Position numbers and translations under genes: made by a program
Notes under the pieces: model-generated
Seen by the model: only the letters and a program-made list of their open reading frames with translations
The model's database searches: none
What the model was told of the DNA's origin: nothing
Assembly (NCBI RefSeq): GCF_006345805.1
Contig: NC_042999.1
Location: 127,534,001 to 127,598,000 of the forward strand
Origin: Octopus sinensis
Lineage: Eukaryota
Direction: 5' to 3'
Length of the DNA stretch: 64,000 nt
Shown: one piece after another, positions 45,129 to 58,760 of the stretch
How positions within the stretch are numbered: the stretch's first letter is position 1
Layout: each line of letters opens with the position of its first letter

Positions 45129-46353
45129 CATATGTATGCATATTTGCATATATGTATGTGCATATACATACATGTACACAACCACACACACATACATGAT
45201 TCAATGGCAATTTTTGCATGTTCCTTTAGAAGAGATAAATATTTTTTCTGCCTGGCCCCAACTGTTGTCCTAACAGTTCTCTTGGATATGCTTAACATTA
45301 TACCTCTAATTACAGTGATATTTTACATCTAGATACCCTTTTCAGCATCAAATGCAGTGTAGCAATGATACAAAAATGTAAACACACAAACATATGCACA
45401 CACATCATGCATACCATTCCTCTCTCTCCATCTATTTCAGTCCTTTACTCGCTCTTTCTCAGTACCTTTTCCTCTTTTTCTGTATTTCTCTTTCTCTTCT
45501 TGTCTTTCCCCCCACCCATCTCTCTCTCTTTCTCTCTCTTGCTTCAGTGTGAATGACATGGTGACAAAACAAACTGATAAGAGAATATCTCTTATATGAT
45601 TGCTGAATGTCAACTGTAGATGTTCTTCATCTTTAACCAGAAAGATCATAGTTGATTGGCTGCGACACCCTAGATGGAATTACATCATTGTGTGATTCAT
45701 CATGAAAACATACTGGAAGCGGGTATGGATATGGGTATGTGATGCTAGCAATCATAGGCTCCAACATTCTTTCTGTGCCTGCAAGCTGAATTTAATGAGT
45801 TTTCTATTGCACCAGGTAGGATTTTAAATTAGTACAGCAAGCTAATGGAACATTCTTTAAATATATTGTGAACCCTCATATTATGGTGTTTATGTGTGCA
45901 TCCTCATGGTACTTATTTTTAGCTTGTTTGACAAAGCCTTCAGGAGATATGCTTAGTGATAGCAACACAGGACTGTGAAGTGTAGAAGAGCTGATTCTGT
46001 GAATTTTTTTTTTTTTAATACATTGGTATTATTTAACACCAGGTCAGCTTTAATCAAGCTATCCTGGTTAGATCTATGATCAAAGATGCTTTATGATTTC
46101 TAATGCTTTAGCTGTTAGAAAAATGCCATCAAATTCTGTGATCTTGTTACAAACTTCTTTACTAAAATGACGTACCAATATGGTCAAATTTGACAGTAAA
46201 TTAATCACACAAAGATATTTATTATTCTCTTACACTTCTGTTACTCCAGTTTTTGCACTGTAGTCTTGCTGGGGCACTGCCTTCAAAGATATTTAGTCAA
46301 TTGTATTAACTCCAGTACATATAGATCTCTCTTTATTGAATGGCTGAATCCAA

Positions 46354-46630
46354 CTAGGAGAAGGCACATGGCTCAGTGGTAAGAGCATTGGGCTCACAAT
46401 CATGAGATAGTGATTTCAATTCCCAGACTGGGTTGTGTGTTGTGTTCTTAAGCAAGACATTTTATTTCATGTTGCTCCAGTTCACTAGTGCTAAGCTGTA
46501 TCGGTCTTTGCCTTTCCCTTGGATAACATCGGTAGTGTGGAGAGGAGGCTGGACTGCATGAGTGACTGCTGGTCCTCCACAAGCAACCTTGCCTGGACTT
46601 GTGCCTCAGAGGGTAGCTTTCTAGATGTAA
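46354..46630 (+). mobile_element. tRNA-derived SINE with CORE-like domain
   Basis: Box A tggctcagtgg, box B-like gatttcaattcc, then cttaagcaagacattttatttcatgttgctccag. Confidence 0.7.
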
Positions 46631-47929
46631 TCTAAAAAGAATAACTACTGCAAGGTATTTTGATTTGATGCGCCCAGAGTACTGATATACACATGTATAA
46701 ATAGATTTTCTATGTCTTAAAAATATAAATAGTGAATACAAGCTGACAGCCAACCTCATAAAAACTAGTTTGCAAGTGTTTGCTAGTGTAGGTTTTGTAA
46801 ATATTGACTTTATCAAGAAATTTAATCGTGTTCTTTTTTAAATCTTGTTGCTGAAAGGAAGTTAGAAATATATTTTTTCTTTCTGTTTTACATCCATTTT
46901 CCAGTCTTGGGGTGGCAGAAAGATTTTATAAATTTGCTCATTTGCATACTGTTTAAACAGTTGTTTTAACAGCTGTACACTCTTCTGTTGGTAATTTACT
47001 CAACTGTGAAGTTGAAGTGGGACCTGTTGTCAACCTTTGAAGTCTGAGACAAAGTCATACACCTTGCTCAGAAACTCAGTATGATTCTTGCAAGTAGGTG
47101 TCATGACAAGAAAGTGATCATTAACCTTACAGCTATGGTGTTTCATTGGAGATAGAGAGAGAGAGAGAGAGAGGGGTGTGCATATGTCTATATACACACA
47201 CATATTGAAATGAATTTATTGTAATTTTATACAAAAGCAACTGAATTTTCTTCTGTGGTGGAAGTATATATAAAATGTATAAATGAAGATTAAGATATCA
47301 GTTCCATGCTACCGTTTTTCTCAGTGTTATCATTGTTATCTTGTTTGCTGTTATCTTTGGTAGGAAAATTTATATCCATCTGTCTTGTAACCAGCTTTCA
47401 TATCTAACTAATATCCAATTGCCTGAATTTTTTTTACTGTGCTTGGTACCAATTGATTGGCTATTTCACTGTTTGTATACAGAAAGCATTTTCTAGTTCT
47501 TGATGCAAATTGCTATGACTTTATTCATAATGTTTTAGTATAACTAATGCAAATGCCACATTGCTTTCTCCAGGTAGGCATGAAGCTAAAGCTTTTTAAC
47601 ATAAGAACACAGGTGTAAAATTGTTTTCTCCAGGTAAGCATGAAGCTAAAGCTTTTTAGCAGGAAAGGAATTTGAGCAGGTATCAAATTCATGGTTTTCA
47701 AGGGTATTAGTGATATAATTGCAACTGTATATCAAAATCAGCTTACAAAATTGGTTCACTGGAAGCTTGTTCTCTAGTTTGTGGTGCTCATTCATGTATT
47801 TAAATGTTTAACTACCTGCTTATTTGTACCCAAGTTTCAGAGTATCAAATAACTGACAAAAAACAAATTGTTATATTCAACTGGAAAAGTACATACCTGT
47901 TGATACCATTTTCTGCATGATATAAGGGT

Positions 47930-48300
47930 TTATTTTTACCTGTTTCATTCATTGGACTGCAGCCATGCTGGAGCAGTGTCTTGAAGGTTTTAGTTACAAA
48001 GTCGACCCTAGTGCCTTTTTTTAGGATGTCTGGTACTTACCCTATCATTCCTTTTTGCCAGACTAAGTTATGGGGACATAAACAAAACAACACTGGTTGT
48101 CAAGCAGTGGCAGGAGATAAACAGAAACACAGAAACACAGATGTGTGTGTACATGACAAGCTTCTTTCACTTTCAGTCTACCACGAGGTATTGGTTGGCT
48201 TGAGGCTATAGTAGAAGACACTAGCCCAAACTGCCATGCAGTAGGATTGAACCCAGAACCATGTGACTGTAAGCAAACTTCTTACCACACGTGCACACAT
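47930..48300 (-). mobile_element. SINE family A
   Basis: Family consensus match. Confidence 0.8.
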
Positions 48301-49044
48301 GTGCCTTGATTACATCATCTTCATTATTTTCTTTATTTATCTTTAATACATTAATGTTATCGATACAGCCAAGAAATTGTATGATAACCAATGCAAGCAA
48401 GATTTGAATAACAAATATTGATTTTTCGACTAGATACAAGGTGCACTTATATTGAGCAGAGATATAATTGATTGAATTAACTTTGTGATACTTAATTGAT
48501 CAACACTTTTCTTACTAATTACTCTCAGGTGTCCTGTGCATAACCTTTCTAAGAACTCACTGAATGATTCTTGCCATAAATTTAAGCTTATACCTTTGAG
48601 AGACAGCAAATTTGAAACCTAGAGGATTTCAATTTTAACTTCATTAGGTTTCATGAAATATTAAATGTGTGGTATATTCGTTTGCCTCCCAAACATGATT
48701 TCAGCTGCTGCCCCACTGCATGATCTTAATTGAGTAGATTTAGTTGATTGAAACTGAAATAAGCTTATCAAGTGTGTGTGTGTGTTTTAGTTGTGCCTCA
48801 TTGTCTTGACATTGTGTCATAATCATAAATGAACGTCACTGTCATACCAATAATGTCATTAGTTTCCAATTTTGCATGAAAATATGTGGTTATAGGGAAA
48901 TATTACTTTGCTTAGAAACAGCTGAGAATTGGCAACAGAAAGGCATACTGTAGCAGAAGTACTGTCTCAATAAATTGTTTTGGACCCATGCGAACATGAG
49001 AAAGTGGATGTTAAAACAATGAGGGTGATGATGATGATAATATA

Positions 49045-49240
49045 TCATAATCATCATCATTTAAAGTTCATTGGTCATGCTGGTATGAGTTGAACAGTTT
49101 GACCGGAACTGGTAAGTGGGTGGGTGGAGGGGAGTGCACCACACTCCAGTCTGATTTGACATGATTTCTATGGCTGGATGCTCTTCCTAATGCCAGTCAC
49201 TTAGAGAGTGTGCTGGATGCTTTTACATGGCACTACACAG
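49045..49240 (-). mobile_element. Degenerate RTE 3'UTR-type short repeat
   Basis: Reverse complement of the same family (catcatcat...ggatgctcttcctaatgcca). Confidence 0.6.
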
Positions 49241-49276
49241 GTGCTCTGTGTGTATGTATGTATGTATGTATGTATG

Positions 49277-49315
<39 letters not shown>

Positions 49316-51849
49316 AATGTTGAGTGTGTGTAACAATTACTATTTTATTGATTGTTGCAGAAATGAAAGAAAAAAACTAATGTTAAATCTGGCTGAATTT
49401 GAACTCAGAAAAATGAATTAATAAATCAATATACACTATATCAACTAGTTTCAATTTGTACTGCCAGAGCCATTTCTCTTGGTCTTCAAATGCGAAATAT
49501 CTAGATTTCTAAAGCAATCTTTTGCTACTTGAACCTTGAGGTATTCCCCCCACCTTTTTTTTTGTTTTATATCTTGATTTTATTTTTTGTTTAGTTTATG
49601 TTCAGTTTTGTTTCTGAGTTCTATTCCTACTGTTTCCAGACAGTTTTTACATTGTTATATTTAGTGAGCTTACATCATGATCTTATTTGTTCTTTTTTAA
49701 GGGTTTCCAAGCACAATTTACATTAATTGCATGTAGCTTGGTTGTCAACTGAAATAACACCGGAAACTCTATACTGAAAGAGAATTGGTTTCCTGTACTC
49801 ATGCCATTAATGTCAGAGTTAAAGACCTCCCCTTCTCCTCTGCCTGATACCAGCTTCTCACGCTTCTATCCAGATAGCTTGCAGTTATGTTAGTGCAATT
49901 CTTACATAGCTCTGTACAAAACTTAAACCCAGAAAAATACCTGACTATTCAGTGTTCTTAGCTAAAGGCAGTTCCTTGTGTGTATGTGCATGCAGGTATA
50001 TATGTATGTGTGTATGTGTATGTACTAGTGAAATTTTCTTAGCCAGAGGGATTACTTTAATCATTTATTTCTCTAATTATACTTTAAATCTATTCTTTTG
50101 TTATGAAGAAGGGAAAAATTACTAGAATTATGTTACACAGAGATATACATATAAAGACTTACAGTTCATATGGTTTTAACAAAAAGATGTTAACAAAGCA
50201 ACTTGTAAAGATCCTTTTGTTTTTTGTCTTTTTATAAATTAATTTTCTCCTTTTGTTTTCTCTTCCTTCATTTCCAAAGTTTTCATGACACAAATTTTCT
50301 AGAAAAAAATTTTTTCCCTCTAAATATAGTAATAAAGTTGTTGAGAATTAATCGGTGACTTGCATATGACCTGGTGGTGATGGTGGCATTGAAACCATCA
50401 TTGTTGTTGTTGCTGCTGTTGTGTTTGTGCTGTAATTCTTATTGATGTCAAACAGTTCTGTTGCAACACTGCAATGGAGCAACTGTTGTGGTTTAAGAGA
50501 TTGTACTATTGTTTAGCTCCAGTTAGATCTTACTGAGTAGACCTTATCATCAAAGGTATTCCAGCTGTGAAAATCTCATTCTTTTTACAAACATAGTGTA
50601 TCAAAGACTACATTGTTCAATGTGTCCTTATACTTATTAATATCTAAGGGAGATTTGGTTGCTATTTCTTGTGGATCAATCTACCTCTTGGTTCGTGGAG
50701 AGTGTTCTAAAATGATCATGTAGATGAGCACCGTGGATGACAGAAAAAAAAACCCCCCAGCTCGAAGAGCATCAAATGCTCTGGACTAGCTTGGGGGCAC
50801 AATCAGCCGTGAACTGAAGACTATAGACTGCTCAAGTAGCTTACTTGTAGCAGCAGTAGTAAAGTTCTGTTACTTTAAGAGATGTTAGTGATGAAGATAG
50901 TTGTAACTGAAGTAGGGTGTGAGAGGGGTTGGGAATGTTGAGAGACCAACTACTTCTGTTGGCAGCAAATCATTTCTCTTGCCATACAAAAGCTAGAATC
51001 TATGAGAGTTGTACCAAAACTGTAATGCTGCATGTAAGTGAAAAATGTTCAGTAAATACAGATAATTGAGAGCAATTGGAGAGGAATGAGCTAAGTGGGG
51101 CCCGTGGCTGCGCAGTGTTGACTTGAAAGATTGGAAATCGTCTCAGTTATTGTGCAATCATTTCTACACAGAATTGTAATCCTCTGAAATCACGTTTTTC
51201 TTCAGACATCAACCTGCAATAGGTACAGACTAAGCAGTAACCACATCAATGTATATCGTGTGGAAGAACTTGCAAAAATCAATGGCAATGCTCCTCCCCC
51301 GCTTCAAATCTGACAAACAAAACTAAGCATAAGGGGACAGAAAGAAAAAGAATGTGTATATGCAGATGTACAACAAGATAAACTGATGATCCACAAGCCA
51401 TGGGAATTCATAAAACCAGTTTTTTATTCGCAGTAATAGCAAGTAAATAAAAGGTTGTTCGTCTATTTGTAGTAATATTTCTCTAGGATATGATACACAT
51501 CTATTTAGGTCTAAGATTTTTGTGAAGTACGCAACTACATGAGTACATGATGTGTTAGTGTGTGCATATATATGTATATATACATCAATAAATGGTTGTA
51601 GTATTTGTAGCAGATATGAATGTATGCACCCTAAGCAGTAGTATGTTGATATAGCAACATGTTAACACAATGCAGAAAAGAAGATTGGTTAAGTTATATT
51701 GGAGATGGCTAGAGATAAAATGCAGCAAATATTCCCTTTTCTCCAGAGAAATACATTTTGAATAGCAAAATATATATAGATCTGTCCCCTGCATAAAACA
51801 ACACTGCATCAGTGAAGGGTTAGGTTAGCCATTTCAACTCTCTCTCACA

Positions 51850-51904
51850 CATTATATATATATGCATGTATCATATATATATGTGTGTGTGTGATATATA
51901 TGTA

Positions 51905-51945
<41 letters not shown>

Positions 51946-51947
51946 TA

Positions 51948-52028
<81 letters not shown>

Positions 52029-52035
52029 TATATAT

Positions 52036-52066
<31 letters not shown>

Positions 52067-52162
52067 ATATATATATATGTATATATATATATATGTATGT
52101 GTATATATATAATATGGTATATATATATATAGTATTATATATATATATGTATATATATATAT

Positions 52163-52198
<36 letters not shown>

Positions 52199-52206
52199 GT
52201 ATGTAT

Positions 52207-52239
<33 letters not shown>

Positions 52240-52249
52240 GTATATATAT

Positions 52250-52302
<53 letters not shown>

Positions 52303-52354
52303 TATATATATATATATATAGTATATATATATTGTATATATATATATATGTATG

Positions 52355-52391
<37 letters not shown>

Positions 52392-52461
52392 GTTATATAT
52401 ATATATATGTATGTATATATATAATATATAATATGTTTATATATATATATTATATATATTA

Positions 52462-52497
<36 letters not shown>

Positions 52498-52515
52498 GTA
52501 TATGTATATATATGT
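51850..52515. repeat. (TA)n/(TATG)n tract, continuing at 54880-55040 beyond the hAT
   Basis: Seen directly. Confidence 0.95.
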
Positions 52516-54879
52516 CAGTGTACCCACCTTTTTTTCCCGGCGCCCCACTTTTTCATAGCAAAAGTTTTTACGCCCCACCTTTTCCCATGTCCACTCACAT
52601 TTACAAGTACATGTGGGCCTACTTACAATTGAAAAAAAAATCAAAAAATAAAAAATTGTATTCAAAATACAAAAAATAGTTTGAGAATTGAAACAACAGG
52701 CACTGAAAGTGCATAACACCCAATAAATCGATAAAATTATTACGATTTCTCATGTTTTTAAAAAATGTCAATTTATAAAGAATAAAGAAACACGTTTTTT
52801 CAGTTCAATTATTTGACGGTCAGCTCGACTAATTTAGTGAGAACCCTGTGCCTGATGCATACAGCACAAGTTTTTAATTTGAGGAGACAACTTTGTTAAT
52901 TTCAGTCGTAAATCGCCACGTTTTGTAATCTCAAGCCGGTTTCTCTTGGCTTCGAACAAATTATCAACTGCACTAAAACCACATTCGACCAAATAAGACG
53001 AAGGGAAAGGAATCAGTAGCTCTCTCGCTGATGTAGAAATTTTAGGATATTTTCTTTCAACCTCGTCATATAGCCACATCTTTGTACCTTTCAATTTAAA
53101 CAAAGTCTTCACTGATTCATCATGTTGTAATTCTGATAACTCTTCTGGTATTGGATTGTAGCATCAGAAACGTTAATCAGAAGCGGTTGAGTTAACCAAG
53201 AAGGAAAATTCATTGCCTTTAAATCGCAAAATCTGTCATTGAAATCCTTTATCAAGATATTTAAATGATCAATAATTACAATGCCAGCATCATTCGTTAT
53301 TTCACATTTACTCAACCAGTAAAGTTCACTGAAATTTCTTTTGGAAAATTTCTTTTTCCATAATTCGAGAGCTGTAATAAATCCAAAAATCTTTGCTTTT
53401 GCATCATAAGTGTCATGTTTGCATTGAAGTTGTTTATTCAAGTTTCCAAGTCTCAAATATATCTGTCAAATAACTGACAAATGCTTTTCCATCCGTTGTT
53501 GACAGCAATTTCATTTCACATTTATCACTAAGAAAGTCGTTAATCTGATCAAATAATTCCATGAACCTCTTTAAGCAGTTTCCACTTGATAGCCATCTTA
53601 CTTCTGTATGAAGCAATAATCGAACATGTTCGGTACTTTGATTTATACAAAACTGCTTAAAAAGACGTTCAGATTTAGAATTCTTTTAATGCTGTTGACA
53701 CACTTGATCACACTTTGAAGAATCTTGTAAGAACAGGGGACAATTCTTGGCAACCAAGTTTTCTCGGTGTATTACACAATGGACAGTCAACATGTTTGGA
53801 TTTTCATCCTTCATCATTTTTAAGCATCCCGTATTCTTGCCCATCATGGCAGGTGCACCGTCTGCCGCACATGCCAGTAAGTTTCCTTTGGTATTTTGTT
53901 TGCATCCAAATAATGTTTGATTTTGATGTAAATATCATTTGCAGTTGTGGTGGTTTCAAACGATTCGCAGAACAGCATCTCTTCCTGAAACTCCTCGTGG
54001 TCAATATACCTCACATAAGTCAATAACAGAGCCTCACTGTCCCGGATTGTGGATTCGTCCATTTGTAATGAAAACTTACGCAATTTTAATTTCTCAATGA
54101 GCTGGCTTTCAACATCTTGCCCCATTTCATCTATTCTGTTCGAGACAGTGTTATTACTGAGTGGCATAGTCCTGATATCTCCATCATCTTTTTGTAATAC
54201 AGTTTTTAAGAATATTGAGATAGCAGGTTTAATCAGTTGCTCTCCAATAGTGTGATTCTTTCCATGTTTTGCTATAAGCAAGGAGATTTCGTAGCTGGCT
54301 TCAAGGGCACGAGTATGAGGCGCTTGTTTTGCATGAAATAGTGAAGTGAGTTTTGTTCGGTTTTTAAATTTTTCTTTCAATGATTTGAAGTATTCCAAAT
54401 CTAAATTAGAATTATTAGGATGTCTTACCTTTAAGTGCGCTTCCAGCCTACCTGCCTTCATTGACTCATTGCTCATCGTCTGATTACATAATAAGCAAAA
54501 CGGTTTACGCTCATCATGCTCATCAGGAATGAATCCAAACTTCAAAAACTCCACCGCGTATTGACGAGTCTTCTTCTTGTTTGGTTTGCTCATTTTCAAT
54601 AGGGCTAACAAAAGACTAATTGAGGCAAACTAATTGAGGCAATTGATTGGCTTATCTGAATAGTAAGTTTATTGCTCAGTGCGGGATCTTCTTTGTCTCG
54701 CTGGGGTGCGAGAGTTTCCGATGTGGAGGCTTCAAAGGAAAGACGGAATCTAAGGTTGTGCTCGCGATGACCGCTCGTCATGTACAAATATTTTCACAGC
54801 CCACGTCTATGCCCCGCGCCCCACCTGAATTTTCTCAGGCCCCACCAGTGGGGCGTACGCCCCACCTTGGGAATCACTG
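52516..54879 (-). mobile_element. hAT transposon, Buster/Charlie (ZBED5/SCAND3-like) family, near full length (2364 bp)
   Basis: Termini cagtg...cactg with 8-bp duplication ATATATGT at 52508-52515 and 54880-54887 (central TA). The transposase carries BED-like PFCLLC...HLKVRH, FSLQMDEST, DGAPAM, HCVIHRENL, LLHTEVRWLS and FPSSYLVECGFSAV. Confidence 0.95.
52834..54593 (-). pseudogene. Frameshifted hAT/Buster transposase
   Basis: Starts MSKPNKKKTRQY at 54593. Split across ORF-track fragments (53844-54611, 53434-53616, 53109-53456, 52834-53112) and intervening frames, so several frameshifts are present. Confidence 0.9.
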
Positions 54880-54998
54880 ATATATGTATATGTATGTATA
54901 TATATGTATATATATATATGTATATGTATGTATATATATGTATATATATATATGTATATATATGTATATATATGTATATATATATATGTATATATATG

Positions 54999-55029
<31 letters not shown>

Positions 55030-55256
55030 ATATATATATGCATGTATCACATATATGTTTGTTTTCCATTTGTGTCTTTCTCTGTTCGAAAGAATAGTTG
55101 ATGCTCCATGTACTCGTGCGTGGTACTTTTTTGTTGTATACGTTTCGTGACGTCCTGTGCCCACATATGCATGTGTAGATGCAGGTATTACATATACATA
55201 TGTATATATGCATATATACACATATAGATATTTTGTATCTCTATCTCTTCTCTCTC

Positions 55257-55929
55257 TCTATATAAAAGGCAGTTTGTCTGTCTGTGTGTCCGTCAGGTTG
55301 TACCCTCACCCTGACCACGGCTTTCAACCGATTCTGATGAAACTTGAAACACACATAGCCCAATGACATAATTCAAAACTAACACAGCGAAAATTTTGAA
55401 AAGTTCCCCCAGTTCTGAAAAAAATCGATAAATTCGACATGGGGTCGAGAATCTAAGCTTATCATATGCAACACATTTTCCGTTGTAGTTTTCGCAACTT
55501 GCAATCGATTTTCACCAAGCTCATGGTGAAGCTTAATGTTACCCTAAGGAACTTAATTCTGACGTTAGTTTTCCTTGCAATACCTTACCATCCGAAAAAA
55601 TCGATAAAATCATGCCATTTTGGGAAATCGCGTTCAAATTCAAGATGACATATTTTCGACAATATCTTTAACAAATTGGCAGGAATTTTTTTTGAAATTC
55701 ACAGCGAGCATCATGTCTGCTCCAAGGAGCTATATGGCCCTTTTGATTCCAATAGGATACGTTATTACTGGAAAAATATCGGTTAATTACATCATATGTG
55801 GCACACATAGCAAACCGATTTTTCTGCGATATTTTTTAAAATAGCGGTTCAATGAGTACAAAAAAGGGTAAAAAGGTAAGGGCATTGCTCATCGACAAAG
55901 TTTCTTACATACCCGGGCAATGCTGCTAG
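55257..55929 (+). mobile_element. Non-autonomous Helitron-like element
   Basis: 5' TCTATATAAAAGGCAG followed by a (GTCT)/(GT) microsatellite. The 3' end has a GC-rich partial hairpin cccgggcaatgc, then CTAG at 55926-55929 followed by T. No TIRs or target-site duplication. Confidence 0.6.
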
Positions 55930-55931
55930 TC

Positions 55932-56012
<81 letters not shown>

Positions 56013-56057
56013 TTATGCATGTATCATATATATGTATATATCATGTGTGTATGTGTT

Positions 56058-56402
56058 TGTGTGTGGCTGCGAGATAAGAAGTTGGTCCCAGGTTCAGTCC
56101 CTATATGTAGCACATTGCGCAAGTGTCTTCTATTATAGCCTCAGGGCGACCGAAGCATCGTGGATAGATTTGGTCGACGGAAACTGAAAGAAGCCTATAT
56201 ATGTGTGTGCCTGTGTACTGATAGCTGGTTTTGCTTTGTTTATGTCCCTGTAACCTAACGGTTTAGCAAAAGAGATTAAGACCATAAGTACCAGATTTTA
56301 AAAAATAAGTACGGAAGCATGGAGGTCGATTTGTTCAGCTAAATCCTTCAGTGTGGCGCCACTGATGGCTGCAATCCAATGACACAAACAAGTAAAAGAT
56401 AC
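56058..56402 (+). mobile_element. SINE family A
   Basis: gtggctgcgagataag...ggttcagtccc...gaaactgaaagaagcc...acaagtaaaaga. Confidence 0.8.
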
Positions 56403-57264
56403 ATAAAAACACGCATACACATCTTTCTGTTAATGAGCAAGGATATAATACTGATCAGTATTGACTATCTACCATAGGGTACCAGATAAATAAATGGAAA
56501 TTTTGCCATGTTGTGTGTACTCTGAACCCACTATAACTTTTAGCGGTTGAGTTCACTTAGGTGTATCTAGGGACCACAGGCTGAGTACCTCAGCGTCCAA
56601 TGTAGCCGTTGCTCTGAACGAGTTCATTATCTTGCTGTGCTATAAAAATGAATTATTTCTTCAGGAAAATCTGTCCCTCGTTTACTTAAAATTGAAGGGA
56701 AAATATAAAATAAAATAAAAAAGTGATAGACACCAGCACCACGGATCACCGTGATTATGAAATGAATAGCTTGTTACGGTAACAATGCCATACATTTTTA
56801 GAGAGGAGTAAAGTTGATCAAATCAACAGTCTTCAAATGGTTCATAGAAAAGACAGTCGAACTTCTTTATATTTCTCCAAAATTATGATCGAGTGTATTT
56901 AAGTTATCTCCCCTGCTTGTAGCACACCCTGGAGTGGTACTTGCACAGATTATCAAAGTTATTCAACTCTTTATAGTGAGAAATTACAGTGTGTGTGTAA
57001 GCAGAATATTTTCTTCCTGCCCAACTCACAACAGCACTGGAATTCGTATACATGAAGTTAAATCTCTGCCAACACTGAAAGAGAGACGGGATCTTTTCTA
57101 TTCTGAAGCCAGTTTTTTCAAATTTTTCCTACTGAACCAAACAATTTGAAACTTCGTATACTGGTAGAATGTGTCAAAAGTAGATATGTAGATATGTGCA
57201 TATGTATATATGAGTATATATGTATGTGTTTATATGAATACATATATATGTGTGTGTGTGTGTA

Positions 57265-57312
<48 letters not shown>

Positions 57313-58092
57313 GTTTGTACAAATATGTATATGTTTGTGTGTGATGTGTGTCTTAATATAATAGGCTTAGGAAAGAGAAAGCAACATTGGTAGCTTTGAG
57401 GAATGTGAGAGTGAGAACAGCAGTGAGAGACTGACTATATCTGGTGTAACTTGAAATAGGGTGTGTATACATTTTAAAGGGAAAACAGCTAACACAGAAT
57501 CCAGTTGTATTTTTGTTCTTTTTACATCAGTCTCCCGGGAATTGAGTTATTTCTTGTTTGTATTTCTTGTCTATAGGTGGATTGCTTCTAAGTTGTGTCT
57601 GCGTCTACTTTGGTAACGGTTCTAGGATGGTTAAAAACACTACAACCATCATTATCATTAAAACTATTGCCACCAGCACCCATGCGATCACCCAAAACTA
57701 CGAACACCGAACCAACCAACCAAAATCCTTCAGATCAGATTCTATCGTTTTAGAAAGAAGGCATTAGACAATGTAGTCTGAGATTAACCATATCTAAAAG
57801 TAAGATGGGGATAACTACGATTAGATTGTCTTTCTTAGATTTCTAAGTTTACTCAATTCGGTCTGACCTAAGCCAAACAAACACACGTGTGTGGTAATCT
57901 GAAGACCGAACGCTTGACAGATCGAATGCTCAGAACATCGAATTTTAAAATATTTTACGGTGAAGGAACACGGAAAACGCTCTCAAATGATATTTATTTA
58001 TGGTTTCGAAAGAGATTTTATTATAACATTTTATTATGTTATTGTGCTTAACAAGCGAATTGTAGCGTGCATATTCACTCACAAATAATAAT

Positions 58093-58255
58093 TGTAATCA
58101 TTGTTTCAAATTTCGGCACAAAGCCAGCAATTTTCAGAGGTTGGGGCATGTCGATTACATCGACACTAGAGTTCAGCTGGTACTTATTTTGTCGACCCAG
58201 AAAGGATGAAAAGTAAAGCCGGAGGAAATGTCGCCAAGCATTTTGTCCGGTAACC
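58093..58255 (-). mobile_element. SINE family B, partial
   Basis: Reverse complement of the family (ctggtacttattttgtcgacccagaaaggatgaaa). Confidence 0.65.
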
Positions 58256-58286
58256 CTGCGTCGTTATACTCATTCACTCGTTATTA

Positions 58287-58371
<85 letters not shown>

Positions 58372-58399
58372 TATACCTATATTATACACACATATACAG

Positions 58400-58760
58400 T
58401 TGTGAGAGAAAAACTTGGATTTTGTGAATTTTCCGAAGTCCTCTCTCCACTCTTTGGAAAAGATTTTCCCCACAAATTACTTTATAATCGTAATGTATAC
58501 CGTATGAAAGATATTTATATAAAATTTCATTGAAAATCCCGTTTTCCTAAAAGTTATGAGGGAAAAACTCGAATTTTGTGAATTTTCCGAAGTCCTCTCC
58601 CCATCCCTTGCAAAAGATTTTCCCCGCGAATTTCTTTATAATCGTAATGTATGCCGTTTGAATGGTATTTCTATTAAATTTTATTGAAAATAAAACCCAT
58701 TTTCCTAGAAGTTATGAGGGAAAAACCCGGATCATGTGAATTTTCCGAAGTCCTCTGTCA
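58400..58760. repeat. ~155-bp tandem repeat (~2.3 units) inside an unclassified interspersed element
   Basis: ttccgaagtcctct starts at 58431, 58585 and 58743 (periods 154 and 158). Confidence 0.85.

Noticed and set aside
48529-48622. Good acceptor followed by CPVH (zinc-knuckle-like)
   Set aside because: The frame reaches TAG with no usable donor, and the other knuckle cysteines are missing.
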